DNA of 64,000 bases, taken from assembly GCF_036321535.1 (NCBI RefSeq), contig NC_087437.1, forward strand, positions 14,944,001 through 15,008,000, written 5' to 3'. Numbering within the stretch: the stretch's first letter is position 1; each line of letters starts with the position of its first letter. A model generated the notes under the pieces. That model made no database searches, was not told the DNA's origin, and saw only the letters and a list, made by a program, of their open reading frames with translations. The position numbers were made by a program, and so were the translations under genes. This DNA is from Camelus dromedarius (taxonomy: Eukaryota). Positions 45,101 to 55,219 of the stretch are shown here, one piece after another.

Positions 45101-48100
45101 TGACAACAGGATTAGTGGAATTACAAAAATTATTCATGTGGATGTTTATAGATATTCAGAATTTTTGTGGAAAGTTCTCAAGTTTATTGAGACTGTAGGC
45201 TCAGTTTATTTTCCCATTGTTTCTAGCTCATTTATAGCAGATATGAAAGATTTTAAAGACTAAAAAATTTGAAGGCCGTGAAAGTTTGTGTTGACAAAAT
45301 AAGAAAAGAAAACTTTGGAAGAATGTAAACATCTATGATACTATTTTGTAGCTTACCTTTTCGTTTTCAAGCTACGTAGCAGTATCATTTAACTTAATTT
45401 TGGTATTTAAGAATTTGTAAAAAAAGCTGTAAGCTTTTGTTTTTGGTTCATTTGTTTTATTTTATTCTTTTATTTTATTCTTTTATTGTTGGTTTACAGT
45501 GTGTTAATTTCTGGTATACAGCATAGTGATTCAGTTTTATATATATATTCCTTTTCATACTCATTTTCATTATAGGCTATTAGAATGATTTGGGGGGGTA
45601 ATTAGGTTAATTAATTAATTTATTTTCATTATTTATTTGATGGAGGCTCTGGGGATTGAACCCAAGACCTCCTGCATGCTAAACATGTGCTCTACCACTG
45701 AGCTGTTACCCTCCCCCCAAGCTATAAACTTTTAAATTTTAAGGACTCTAACATGTTTTTGTTGTTATTGTTTTCTAAGAGCTAGCTAGCAGGTTGCTTA
45801 CATAGAAAATACTATCAACATTATAATAAAGCAGGTTACTTTTTCTTATTGCTGTTGTGTAAGGACACTTCTAATTAAAGAATAAAATGAGGGGAAATTG
45901 TATAAATTCAACTTTTAGTACATTTTTCCCCTCTGTCATTTACGTTCTCCTTTATTCATTTAACAAGCACCTGTAATGCATCTAGTGTATGCGGAGACTT
46001 GCACTCAGGGTGTGGCTATAGGAGGAAGTGTGATGGAGCTCTTGTACGCGGGAGGTTAGAGTCCAGTAGAAGACAATTTGCTTCAGGGGTCGACATACCC
46101 CTGCTAAGGGTCTGCAAGCGAAGAGTAGCTTTACATTTTTATAGGACTAGTAAGAAAAAAAGAAGAAAAGTAGAAAAATATGTGACTGAGATTAAATGTC
46201 ACCCACAAGCCCAAAATAAATTTAATTTATTGCTGTTTACAGAAAAATTTTACCAGCTCTGGTCTGTCATTTTCTGTGGTTTCTTTTTTTTTTTTTTTTT
46301 TCCTTTTAGTAGAGAATAATATATTTAATTCCATATGCTTTAGGTTTATTTATGTATTCATTTTAATGGAGGGCCTGGGGACTGAACCCAGGACCTCATG
46401 CATACTAGGCATGTACTCTACCACTGAGCTGTACCCTCCTCCCTAATTCCATATGCTTTAAGCTTTTAATATATAATTGAAAAGTTAGCCAATCATATTT
46501 ACCAAAGACATCATGCCTTCAAATTGAATATCAAAAGAAAAAAAATTAACCTTTTTATTGAGGTATAATTGCTATCTAGAAAGCTATACATACTTAATGT
46601 ACACACCTCGATTTAGGGATAAGCATATACCTGTGAAACCACCACCATCAAAGCCATAAAAATGTCCGTTACTTTCTGAGTTTCTTCCTGCCTCCCTTAT
46701 TAGATTATTCTGAATTTTAGTATGTTTTTACTGTTACAGCAAGTTTTATACTTTCATATGTTTTCATGTTGTTAATTAGTGTCATCTCACCTTGAAAAAG
46801 CCCCTTTAGCATTTCTTGTAAGGCAGGACTAGTAGTGATGAACTCCCACAGCGTTTGTGTGTCTGGAAAAGCTTTTGTCCCTGTCTTACATCTGTTGCAA
46901 TAGTTAAGAATTACCTTTGTGAAAAAAGTGATCACTATTATTTGTGTATGCATTTTTCAAACAGTATGGTCCAAGTCTTCCCATGTTTAAAACACATTTT
47001 TCTTAGCCCATTTGCTTTTCACTCTAAAGAGCCATAGAAAAACTATACAGAAAGAAATATTATAAAGCAGCGAAATTAAATGTTAAAAGAGTTATAAAGG
47101 TTAATACCAGGTGAATTAGGAGTCTAATTTTAGTTTAATCCTGTATTTATAAGAATTTGGCCCCTTCAGCTTTGTAGCATTTCATAGTCTTCTGAATCAG
47201 AGTTTACTATTTTTACGTGGCCTTAGGGCAAGAACTGAATTCATGTGATGTTTGGCTTTTTTGCCTTTTAAAGTTTTTTTTTAATTGTAAAATACCTTAC
47301 ATATAAGGGAGTATATATGACATATATATTGAGTCTAAAGGATACCAAAATGAACACCCACAGACCCAGCACCTTGCTTAGAAGGCCCCATTTACTCGTC
47401 CCCAAATGCTTTTCCCTTTTTCCCCCAAGAAATAAGTAATATCTTAAGTTTTGTATTATTTGTTTTTTAAAATACTTTTCCCAGATGTGTGTGTCTTTCT
47501 AAACAAGGTATTTAGTTTTTCCTGTGGATTCGTTACTAACTTTCATGAAATCTTCAGCACCAAGAAATGCTTTATTTGTAGGAGAGCAGATTGTCACCCT
47601 GTCCTCTGCTCCTGGATTAGCAGGAAGGTGGGGAGCAGACAAATGAGCGTTGCTTGCACTTCTTATTAGGGCCAGCAGGTGGCAGTTAAGTGACTTGAAC
47701 TGGGAAAGTTTTAGTGGCTGAAGAGATTGGAGAGTAATTACCCCAAACTGGATGTGAAAACCTGCAGTTTGTGTATTTCTGAGCTCTGTATCCAGATGGA
47801 CTTGAGATTAATATAAATACCCTATTTATCCCCACTTAACTTTCAGAAACATAAAGTTTTATAATATTTATAGCATGTAATTTTAAAATACATTTTAAAA
47901 CGACATCATACAGGAAATCCTAGTAGAAGAGGGCTCCAGTCTGAAAGAAGGTTGGTGTGACCTTGGTTCGTTATTGACCTGCCGTCATCTGGCCATGTAA
48001 GCTTGGACCCCTGGCCTGTCTTTCCAAGAGAGTAACTCAATAATCTTAATAGCTAAATTAACAGTTTTATGATTAAGTATTTAAACGAATGCTGAAATAT

Positions 48101-48408
48101 TTAGGAATTAATATGATTTCCTAAAGGCCTTTAATCATTATATAAAAATTAAGCTTTTTTTGTTTCCTGACTCATTTTCCTTTTGCCTCAACAGCAATAC
48201 TTTACGAGTCACCCGTTCCGCTGCCCCCAGCACACTGGACAGTTCCAGCGCTGCTCCCGCTCACCTGGGAAAGAAAGGCAAAGAATTTGAATTCTCACAG
48301 CTGCCCCTCAAAGTGGAGTTCCTGGAGTGTAGTGCCAAGGGTGGAAGAGGGGACACCGGCTCTGCTGACATCCAGGACCTGGAGAAATGGCTGGCTAAGA
48401 TCGCGTGA
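29995..48408 (+). CDS. SRPRB: Signal recognition particle receptor subunit beta, complete spliced CDS (7 exons, 816 nt, 271 aa)
   Basis: [15 protein letters not shown]-terminus, TM segment [17 protein letters not shown]-loop [18 protein letters not shown]-terminal LEKWLAKIA*; all junctions GT-AG and in frame. Confidence 0.97.
30780..30874 (+). CDS. SRPRB: SRPRB coding exon 2 (95 nt)
   Basis: ccacag|TGTTC...CCGA|gtaaat; [31 protein letters not shown]. Confidence 0.94.
31263..31417 (-). mobile_element. tRNA-derived SINE (camelid Vic-1-like)
   Basis: Minus strand GGGGGAGGGTACAGCTCAGTGGTAGAG (A box)...GGTTCAATCCCC (B box)...(TAAA)n CCTAAT CCCCC + A tail. Confidence 0.85.
31774..31851 (+). CDS. 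SRPRB: SRPRB coding exon 3 (78 nt)
   Basis: ttacag|TTG...CAGG|gtaagg; [26 protein letters not shown]. Confidence 0.94.
33025..33340. mobile_element. MER33-like hAT-Charlie element
   Basis: gacctgtactttccaatagagtagcca...tgctgtaagtatgaaatatacaccag...atgactattagaaaacttaacattacatatg. Confidence 0.7.
34554..34636 (+). CDS. SRPRB: SRPRB coding exon 4 (83 nt)
   Basis: ccttag|GGG...CCAG|gtaagt; [28 protein letters not shown]. Confidence 0.95.
35455..37610 (-). mobile_element. Old L1 (3' end plus ORF2 3' part)
   Basis: Minus-strand ORF pieces [25 protein letters not shown] and [12 protein letters not shown]1 3'UTR near 35460. Confidence 0.85.
37960..39390. mobile_element. MER8/Tigger2-like MITE split by an L1 insertion
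   Basis: Left end gtggacccttgaacaacatgggtttgaactg (37962); right end cccccaccttgttcaggggtcagctg (~39387); the two ends are inverted-complementary. Confidence 0.75.
38015..39195 (-). mobile_element. L1 with a large internal deletion (ORF1 end/ORF2 endonuclease start joined to the 3' terminus)
   Basis: ORF 38178-38486 [41 protein letters not shown] = ORF2 EN N-terminus, directly adjacent to the 3' end ttgaagtatagtcagtttacaatgtg. Confidence 0.8.
39400..41400 (-). mobile_element. Old degenerate L1 fragments
   Basis: T-rich antisense L1-like sequence (gctgagtataaaatcctgg, ttctggaaaattctca). Confidence 0.4.
41598..41738 (-). mobile_element. tRNA-derived SINE (camelid Vic-1-like)
   Basis: Same A/B box head and tail structure as the 31263 copy; ends ~57 nt before the SRPRB exon 5 acceptor. 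Confidence 0.85.
41796..41932 (+). CDS. SRPRB: SRPRB coding exon 5 (137 nt)
   Basis: cttcag|GGC...CAAG|gtaccc; [45 protein letters not shown]. Confidence 0.95.
42425..44212 (+). mobile_element. L1 with apparent 5' end, ORF2 3' part and 3' terminus (two internal deletions)
   Basis: GC-richer 5'-like segment joined to aagactccaccaaaaacctact (ORF2). ORFs [22 protein letters not shown] and [17 protein letters not shown]...[13 protein letters not shown] tail at ~44198-44210. Confidence 0.85.
44905..44959 (+). CDS. SRPRB: SRPRB coding exon 6 (55 nt)
   Basis: ttacag|ACA...AACT|gtaagt; [19 protein letters not shown]. Confidence 0.94.
45439..45718 (-). mobile_element. Composite SINE head + L1 3' end, flanked by one 15-bp TSD
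   Basis: SINE ~45588-45718, L1 3' terminus ~45485-45580, T-rich tail; aagctgtaagctttt / aagctataaactttt flanks. Confidence 0.75.
46343..46443 (-). mobile_element. Tailless tRNA-derived SINE with a 17-bp TSD
   Basis: taattccatatgcttta at 46326-46342 and 46444-46460. Confidence 0.88.
46550..46890 (-). mobile_element. L1 fragments (3' end and ORF1 C-terminal part)
   Basis: ttttattgaggtataatt... and ORF 46717-46953 [23 protein letters not shown]. Confidence 0.65.
48195..48408 (+). CDS. SRPRB: SRPRB coding exon 7 (214 nt incl. TGA)
   Basis: caacag|CAAT...; [17 protein letters not shown]...[31 protein letters not shown]. Confidence 0.95.
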
Positions 48409-48914
48409 TGGGCAGATCCAAACACAAGACGTGACTGTGTGTGTGTGTGACTGACAGTTTTGGAAAAGGACATGGTAGTCTGGAGTTGATAAAGACGGAG
48501 TGCAAATGTAGTTAGAAACGTTTCCCTGTTCTGGAAACAAATTATTGTTAAAACTAGCATGGAATTTTTTTTTAGGTTCATTTCTCTCTTATTGCTCTCA
48601 AGCGAGTCACTTTTATTTGACTCACGTGTCTTCTCTTTTTAAAGTGAATGTAACTTCTCTCTAGCATATGCTTGATGTAAGGTAAAGGTTTAACAAAAGG
48701 CATGCATGCAGAGAGCATCTTATCATAAGAGTATGGAATCATCTGAAAAGTCTTCTTATCCTCTGCTTTGGTGCTTTGGTCCCTTTTTCCTGAAAACAGA
48801 CCTGTCTGTGTAGGGAACCAGTTGATTTCCAGTTGTCCTTGACATTCACAGGCAGTACATCATCTAGTCCTCTGAATCCTCAGATTTGTAGGTGCAGTTA
48901 CGATATCTTCTCCC

Positions 48915-49086
48915 CGGGGGAGGGTAGAGGTCAGTGTTAGAGTGCGTGCCTAGCGTGCACGAGGTCCTGGGTTCAATCCCCAGCACCTCCGTTAAAATAA
49001 ATAAATAAATAAAATAAATAAATACATAAATTAACCTAATTACCTCCCCCTTCCAAAAAAAACCAAAAATAATAATTTTAAAAAAT
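48915..49086 (+). mobile_element. tRNA-derived SINE in the SRPRB 3'UTR (sense)
   Basis: gggggagggtagaggtcagtgttagag...ggttcaatcccc...(taaa)n cctaattacctccccc + A-rich tail. Confidence 0.85.
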
Positions 49087-49584
49087 GTATAGTCTCTCGA
49101 CATGTGAGGACAGGTAGAAGACAGCAGAGCTGTGTTGACGATGGTCTGTTCTAAGTCAGCTCAGTGACCGGTCCACACTCCAGCCTCATAGCGCGCTGGT
49201 TTGAAACCCGTGTTGTGAACCCCTGGAGTCAATCCCAGTTGATGGAACTGTAAGTGCTAAACCCCCAGATGCCAAGGGCCTAGCGTGTTCTAGTGGTTTT
49301 CCTTCACCGGGGAATTGATGGAGGTTTAGAAGCTGTTTTGTTTTTCTAAAGGCATGAGGGCTCCTGGGCTGTCTTCATGTGCTGTTTGATGAGCTACAGT
49401 TTTGTCCTCTGAGCTTGACTGCTGTGGGACAAACACAAAATGAAAAAAGTCCTCTAGATTTTTAAAGTGCTGACGGTTTAAAAAAAAAATGTCAGCCTTT
49501 TCAAAGTGATGTGCTTTGCTGTCTTCTTAAACATGTGGCTTTTTTTTTAATGGCTTTTATAAGTGATGAATATATTTCTTGGTG

Positions 49585-49590
49585 AATAAA
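49585..49590 (+). terminator. Probable SRPRB polyadenylation signal
   Basis: AATAAA ~1.18 kb after the stop, at the end of an AT-rich UTR segment. Confidence 0.6.
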
Positions 49591-50461
49591 ACAAGCTGTG
49601 TGGCTCAAAGCAACTGAATGGAATGGAATGGTATGGTGAGTACAACTGGGAGCATGTGTTAGGATTCAGGTTCCCTTCAAGTTTCTGGGGCCTGAGATTG
49701 CAGCGTACCTGGGATCGAACTCTCTATTCCTGCCTCACACACTCAGGGACAAGCCAACTAAAGCTTAAAGGGGGACAGGTGGCTGTGGATAAGGGTGAAG
49801 CTAGTCCCTGTGAGAACAGTGCAGGAAGCCATGAGAGGGGAGGCACAGGGCACCCCAGGAGTTGCACACAGCCTCAAGGGATGGGGAGACTCAAGGGAGA
49901 GGAGCATGGAGCCAATGACATCCCAGTGAGTGTGGTCCCCACAGGCACTATGGCCCAAGCCTCTGCCTGCTGTCACCCCTCCCTGTGCTGCGAATGGGGG
50001 GATGCCGGACGCCGCCTCCCCCGCCCCCACCCCCGCCCCCTGCATCACACACCTTGTGGCCGGAGCATGAAGTAGACACAGGCCGACCTCAGGATGTTAG
50101 ACTCCAACCCTGGCAGGGTTAGCGGGAGGCCTCTGCTGCCAGTGTTCTTACTGTCCCTTGGACTCAATTCCTGACCTTTCGTTATTAGCCAAGTAGTAAC
50201 TTAAGGAAGTTAGTAAGAATGGTGAACCAGAAACCCAAAAGGAAAGTGATGAATGTGACGTGTTCACATAATCATAGGACGTGCTCACATGAATAAAAAT
50301 CAATGGCTTGATACGTCCGTTAAGAGGCACGTGGTCTCTCAGCTCCTTTTGTGTTGTTTTTTTCTGGTTAATGACGTGTTTTACTTTCTGGGAGGAAGCA
50401 ATAGACCAGACAAGTGACTGAAGACCTGAAGATGATCTTTTGCAAAAGGAGCGTTAGATCT

Positions 50462-50600
50462 CAGTGATTCCCCAGTGTCAGTGTGCATCAGAATTACCCG
50501 GGATACTTGTTAAACAGCTCCTTTGAGGACCCTGCTTCTGAACATGCAGTTCAGAGGCAGATCGGGGTTGGTGCTGGGAATCTGCATGCTTCACATGACC
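50462..50600. mobile_element. MER5-like hAT fragment
   Basis: gtgcatcagaattacccggga.acttgttaaa...gggaatctgcat. Confidence 0.55.
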
Positions 50601-52199
50601 TTTACCAAGCGCATGGGGCTCCCGGGAGCACCCTGCCAGGTGATCTGGCCTTCTGGAGTAACACTTGTGCCTTTAGTGTGTTTTAAGTCCTTTGGGCCAC
50701 AGATCCTGTTCAGTTTTTCTCACAGGGCGAAGTAAGCAAGCAGGTTACCCCCAGGCACTCTCATCCAGCTTCCTAACCCTGTGCTCCAGTCATCTCATTC
50801 TTGTGGGTGTGGGCCAGGGTGAGGTCATGGTCACTTGTCCTTGGGAGCTTGGAAGGGTTTTTGATGAGAGGTCAAATTATCCTCTTGTGGCTCTGGGGCC
50901 GTTCAGCCAAACTAGGCCCATTTCTTCGTGGGATGGGAGGCAGGTATGGCCAGAGTGGAAAGAGGGATGTCAGGTCACAGGGAACAGCAGACTAGGCATG
51001 ACTGTATGTCACAGATGTGACAGTTGTGGCTTGGAACACCACCTTCTTGGGAATGTGGCAGTGTCTGAGCCACTGCGTGTGGAGGGCACAGGGACCTGCT
51101 CCCAGGGCAGCTGCCACCTGATGTGAATGACCCTGTGCCCTGCGAGTGGAGAGGTGCAGGCCCTGGCGAGATGCCCCCGTGGAGGGCAGCTGCGATGAGT
51201 GAGCCCTGGGCACTCACTGCACTGGGGAATACTGCCCAGCTCTGGCCTGGAGTCCCCACCGGGTACAGAGCTCACTCGCAGGCAGAGGCCGCCTGTTTAC
51301 TGCAGTTCCTTCAGTGCTTCACTGGGGGCCTTAGTGGCCCCTCCACTGCCAGGTGCCTGACAGTTTGCTGGGATCCTAGTTTCTGATCAACAACATCTGC
51401 TGTTGGCGCGGAGTGCCTGGGGTCTGCCCCTTGTATCTTCCCACGCCTGCTGAATCAGTGCCCCTGGGATTCTGGTGGCTCTGCTGTGTGTCAGCCACTT
51501 GACTGTGTTTCATTGGTTTGAGGTCATTTCAGCCAGAATATTATGGTTTTTCTTTTTTAAGGGTTGAGCTTAGAAGAGAAGGATCAAACCTTCAATTGGT
51601 TTATGCCCATACTCACTTAAAGGTGTGTCAGCAGCAGTTAAGATGCTCTTCTATTTCAGCTCTTCACGTATTTAAAGGAAGGTGATCACCTCACCTGACT
51701 TGCACAGGAAAGTAGTCCCATTTCCCTTTCAGCTATGAAGCTCTAAACTGTTGTTTACTCAAGAGAGCCACGCATGGCCTTTATTCATTCGGAAAATGCC
51801 AAGCACCGTGCCAGGCTCTGGGAATACTAAGTGTGGCGCAGTTCCTGCTTTTGCAGGCACATGGTCCCATCCTGAGGTTAAGAAATGAGCCTTTTCCATG
51901 TGGCCCCCTGCTCTCCCCTCATCTCATTACCATGAGCTCCATCCATCATGGCTGCAGGAGAGCCCCAGCACTGCGTGGACCTCAAGGTCAGCTGCCTCAG
52001 CGCTGCCCTCACCTTCACCCTTTCTTGTGCGGTTGCCCCACCCATGCAGCCCCAGCAGGGCTGTCACTTCTCCTCATGACCTGTGTCTCTGTGCCTCCTG
52101 GGACTCCAGCATCCTCGCTGTGGTCCTGCCCTGTGTGAGGCACTTGGTGTTCTTTTGACTTAAGATCTTTTTGTTTCAACTGAAATATGCTTTTTTTAA

Positions 52200-54030
52200 A
52201 AAAATGTAAAAAAACCTAGGAATAAACGTACCTAAAGAGGCAAAAGACCTGTACATCAAAAACTATAAGCTGCTGATGAAAGAAACTGAAGATGACACAA
52301 ACAGATGGAAAGATACACTGCATTCTTGGATTGGAAGAATCAATATGTTAAAATGGCCATAGTACTCAAGGCAATATACAGACTCAGTGCAATCCCTATC
52401 AAATTACCAGTGGCATTTTTCATGGAACTAGAAGAAAAAAATTTTTCAATTTGTACAGAAACACAAAAGACCCCAAATAGCCAAAACAATCTTGAGAAGG
52501 AAGAGCTGAGGGAATCATGCTCCCTGACTTCAGACTAAGCTACAGTAATCAAAACAGTATATGGTACTGGCACAAAAACAAGACATATACATCAATAGAA
52601 CAGGGTAGAAATCCTGGAAATAAACCCACACACTTACGGTCAACTAATCTACAACAAAGAAGGCAAGGATATACAATAGAGAAAAGACAGTCCCTTCTAA
52701 GTGCTGGTGGGAAAACTGGACAGCCACATGTAAAAGAATGAAATTAGAACATTCTCTAATACCATATACAAAAATGAACTCAAAATAGATTAAAGACCTA
52801 AATGTAAGACTGGATACTCTAAAATTCCTAGAGGGAAACACAGGCAGAACACTCTTTGACATTAATCGCAGAAATCTTTTGGATCTGTCTCCTAGAGTAA
52901 TAGAAATAAAAATAAACAAATGGGACCTAATTAAATTTAAAAGCTTTTGCACAGCAAAGGAAACCATAAAGAAAATGAAAAAAACCGCAGTCTGGAAGAA
53001 TATATTTGCAAATGATGCTACTGACAAGGGATTAATTTCCAAAATATACAAACAGCTCCAACAGCTCATAGTATCAAAAACAACCCCATCAAAAAATGGG
53101 CTGAAGTCCTAATGGACATTTCTCCAAAGAAGACATCCAGATGGCCAACAGGCACATGAAAAGATGCTCAGTATCACTAATTATTGGAGAAATACAAATC
53201 AAAACTACAGTGAGGTATCACCTCACACCAGTCAGAACGGCTGTCATTAAAAAGTCTACAAACAATAAACGTTGGAGAGGGTGTGGAGAAAAAGGGACCC
53301 TCCTAAACTGCTGGTGGGAATGTAAATTGGTGCAGCCACTATGGAGAACAGTATGGAGGTTCCGTAAAAAACTAAAAATAGACTCACCATATGATCCAGC
53401 AATCCCACTCCTGGGCATATATCCAGAGAAAACCCTAACTCGAAAAGATACCTGCACCCAGGTGTTCATAGCAGCACTGTTTACAATAGCCAAGACATGG
53501 AAGCAACCTATATGTCCACTGACAAATAAATGGATAAATAAGATGTATGTATGTGTGTGTGTGTGTATGAAAATAACTCAACCATAAAAAATTATGAAAT
53601 AATGCCATTTGCTGCAACATGGATGGACCTAGAGATTATCATACTAAGTGAAGTAAATCAGACAGAAAGACAAATATGGTATCACTTATATGTGGAATCT
53701 AAAAAGATGATACAAATGAACTTATTTACAAAACAGAAATAGACTCACAGACATAGAAAACAAATTTATGGTTACCAAAGAGGAAAGCAGAGGGGTGAGA
53801 AGGGATAAATTAGGAGTTTGGGATTAACATATACACACTACTGTATATAAAATAGGTAAGTTAAGACCTACTGTATAGCACAGGGAACTGTATTCAATAT
53901 CTTGTAGTAACCTATAATGGAAAAGACTCTGAATAAGAGTGTGTATGTATAACTGAATCACTTTGCTGTACACCTGAAACTAACACAGCATTGTAAATTA
54001 ACTATATTTCAATTTTAAAAATAATTTTAA
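52200..54030 (+). mobile_element. 5'-truncated, relatively young L1 (ORF2 C-terminus + 3'UTR)
   Basis: ORFs KAIYRLSAIPIKLP, KINKWDLIKFKSFCTAKETI, YHLTPVR...[16 protein letters not shown]; 3' end tcactttgctgtacacctgaaactaacacagcattgtaaattaacta. Confidence 0.92.
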
Positions 54031-55219
54031 AAATTTGAGATTGGCATAGGATTATCAAAGCTCCTTTCTGAACTCTTGGTCGCTGGCCAGTGAAACACAG
54101 CTACAGTGATAGACAAAGCCACCTCGAGCGGCGCCATGCTCACTCCAGGGAGGACATTCATCACAGCGTGTAGGGAATCCCAACAGTGCTTCCCTCACCT
54201 GCGGGGGAAGGAGCTGCTGGACACTGTGCGTGTGACCACCACGCTCAGGGGGATGATCCACTCCAGACACGTCGCCCTGAACACCAGTCTTGGGGAATGA
54301 CTGCTTGTCGCAAACAGCTGGCTTTGACCTGGTCCACACAAGCATGTGCGCTTGGCTCTCAGGCCTCCGCCCCTTCACATGCCCTGTACCTCTTAACCTC
54401 ACATTTTGCATCTGGCAGCCAGAAAAGCTAGGCTCAGTGGGTAGGGCCATCTATTTCCTGTCCCTCTTAATTAAAAATGGCTTTCTTGAGATGGCAGGTT
54501 GGAGGGTGTTCCAGAAACTTTAGAATCCTTATAGGAGAAAGACAGTGAAGGCTGAACTTGAAGAAGGATGAGACCTGGTGAACGTGGCTTACTCTATAGT
54601 CCCAGGGTTCCCAGCATTCAGACCAGGGCAGTTCTGTGTCCTGGCCTTTGCTTCCTCTTTGGATTAGTCCCACCACTGTCCTGGCCTTCAGGGCACCTTT
54701 TAGTCTGGAGATGACCGAGACGGAAGGGCGGTCTCAGGGATGCTCCAACTGGCATGAGGTGGTACGTGGCAGCGTAGTGTCATCTGAAAGGTGATTATGG
54801 TTCACCTGAACTTCTTGCCTTTAAATAGCTTCCTGGAAATCACCGGAAGGAAGACCGATCCAGTCTCCACACCCATCCTTCCTAACCCTCAGCCATGGTG
54901 AGTGGAGAGCAGGGTTGGTAGGAGATACCACGCGGCTCTGAGTCTCACTTCTCCTGGGATTCCCTTTCCATCAGCCTTTAGGCAGAATGGAGATTATGGA
55001 AGAGTGTGGATGTAATCATATTAGTGTGTCCAGCTCTTCCCCCTTCCAAGTTGGTAGAGAGCCCAGGTGAACAGGAGGAAGAAGCAAAGGGCTTTGTGGC
55101 GAACACACCACCCAGACACGAGAGGGTCTTTGCGGAGCACGCACGTGAAGAAATCTAGCTTTCCCCTCCCCACCCCCCATATGTGACTGCACCACTTAGA
55201 AACAGTAGACAAGAGGCTT

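Noticed and set aside
52305..53742. Protein-coding ORFs between SRPRB and RAB6B
   Set aside because: Frameshifted L1 ORF2 remnants of a 5'-truncated copy
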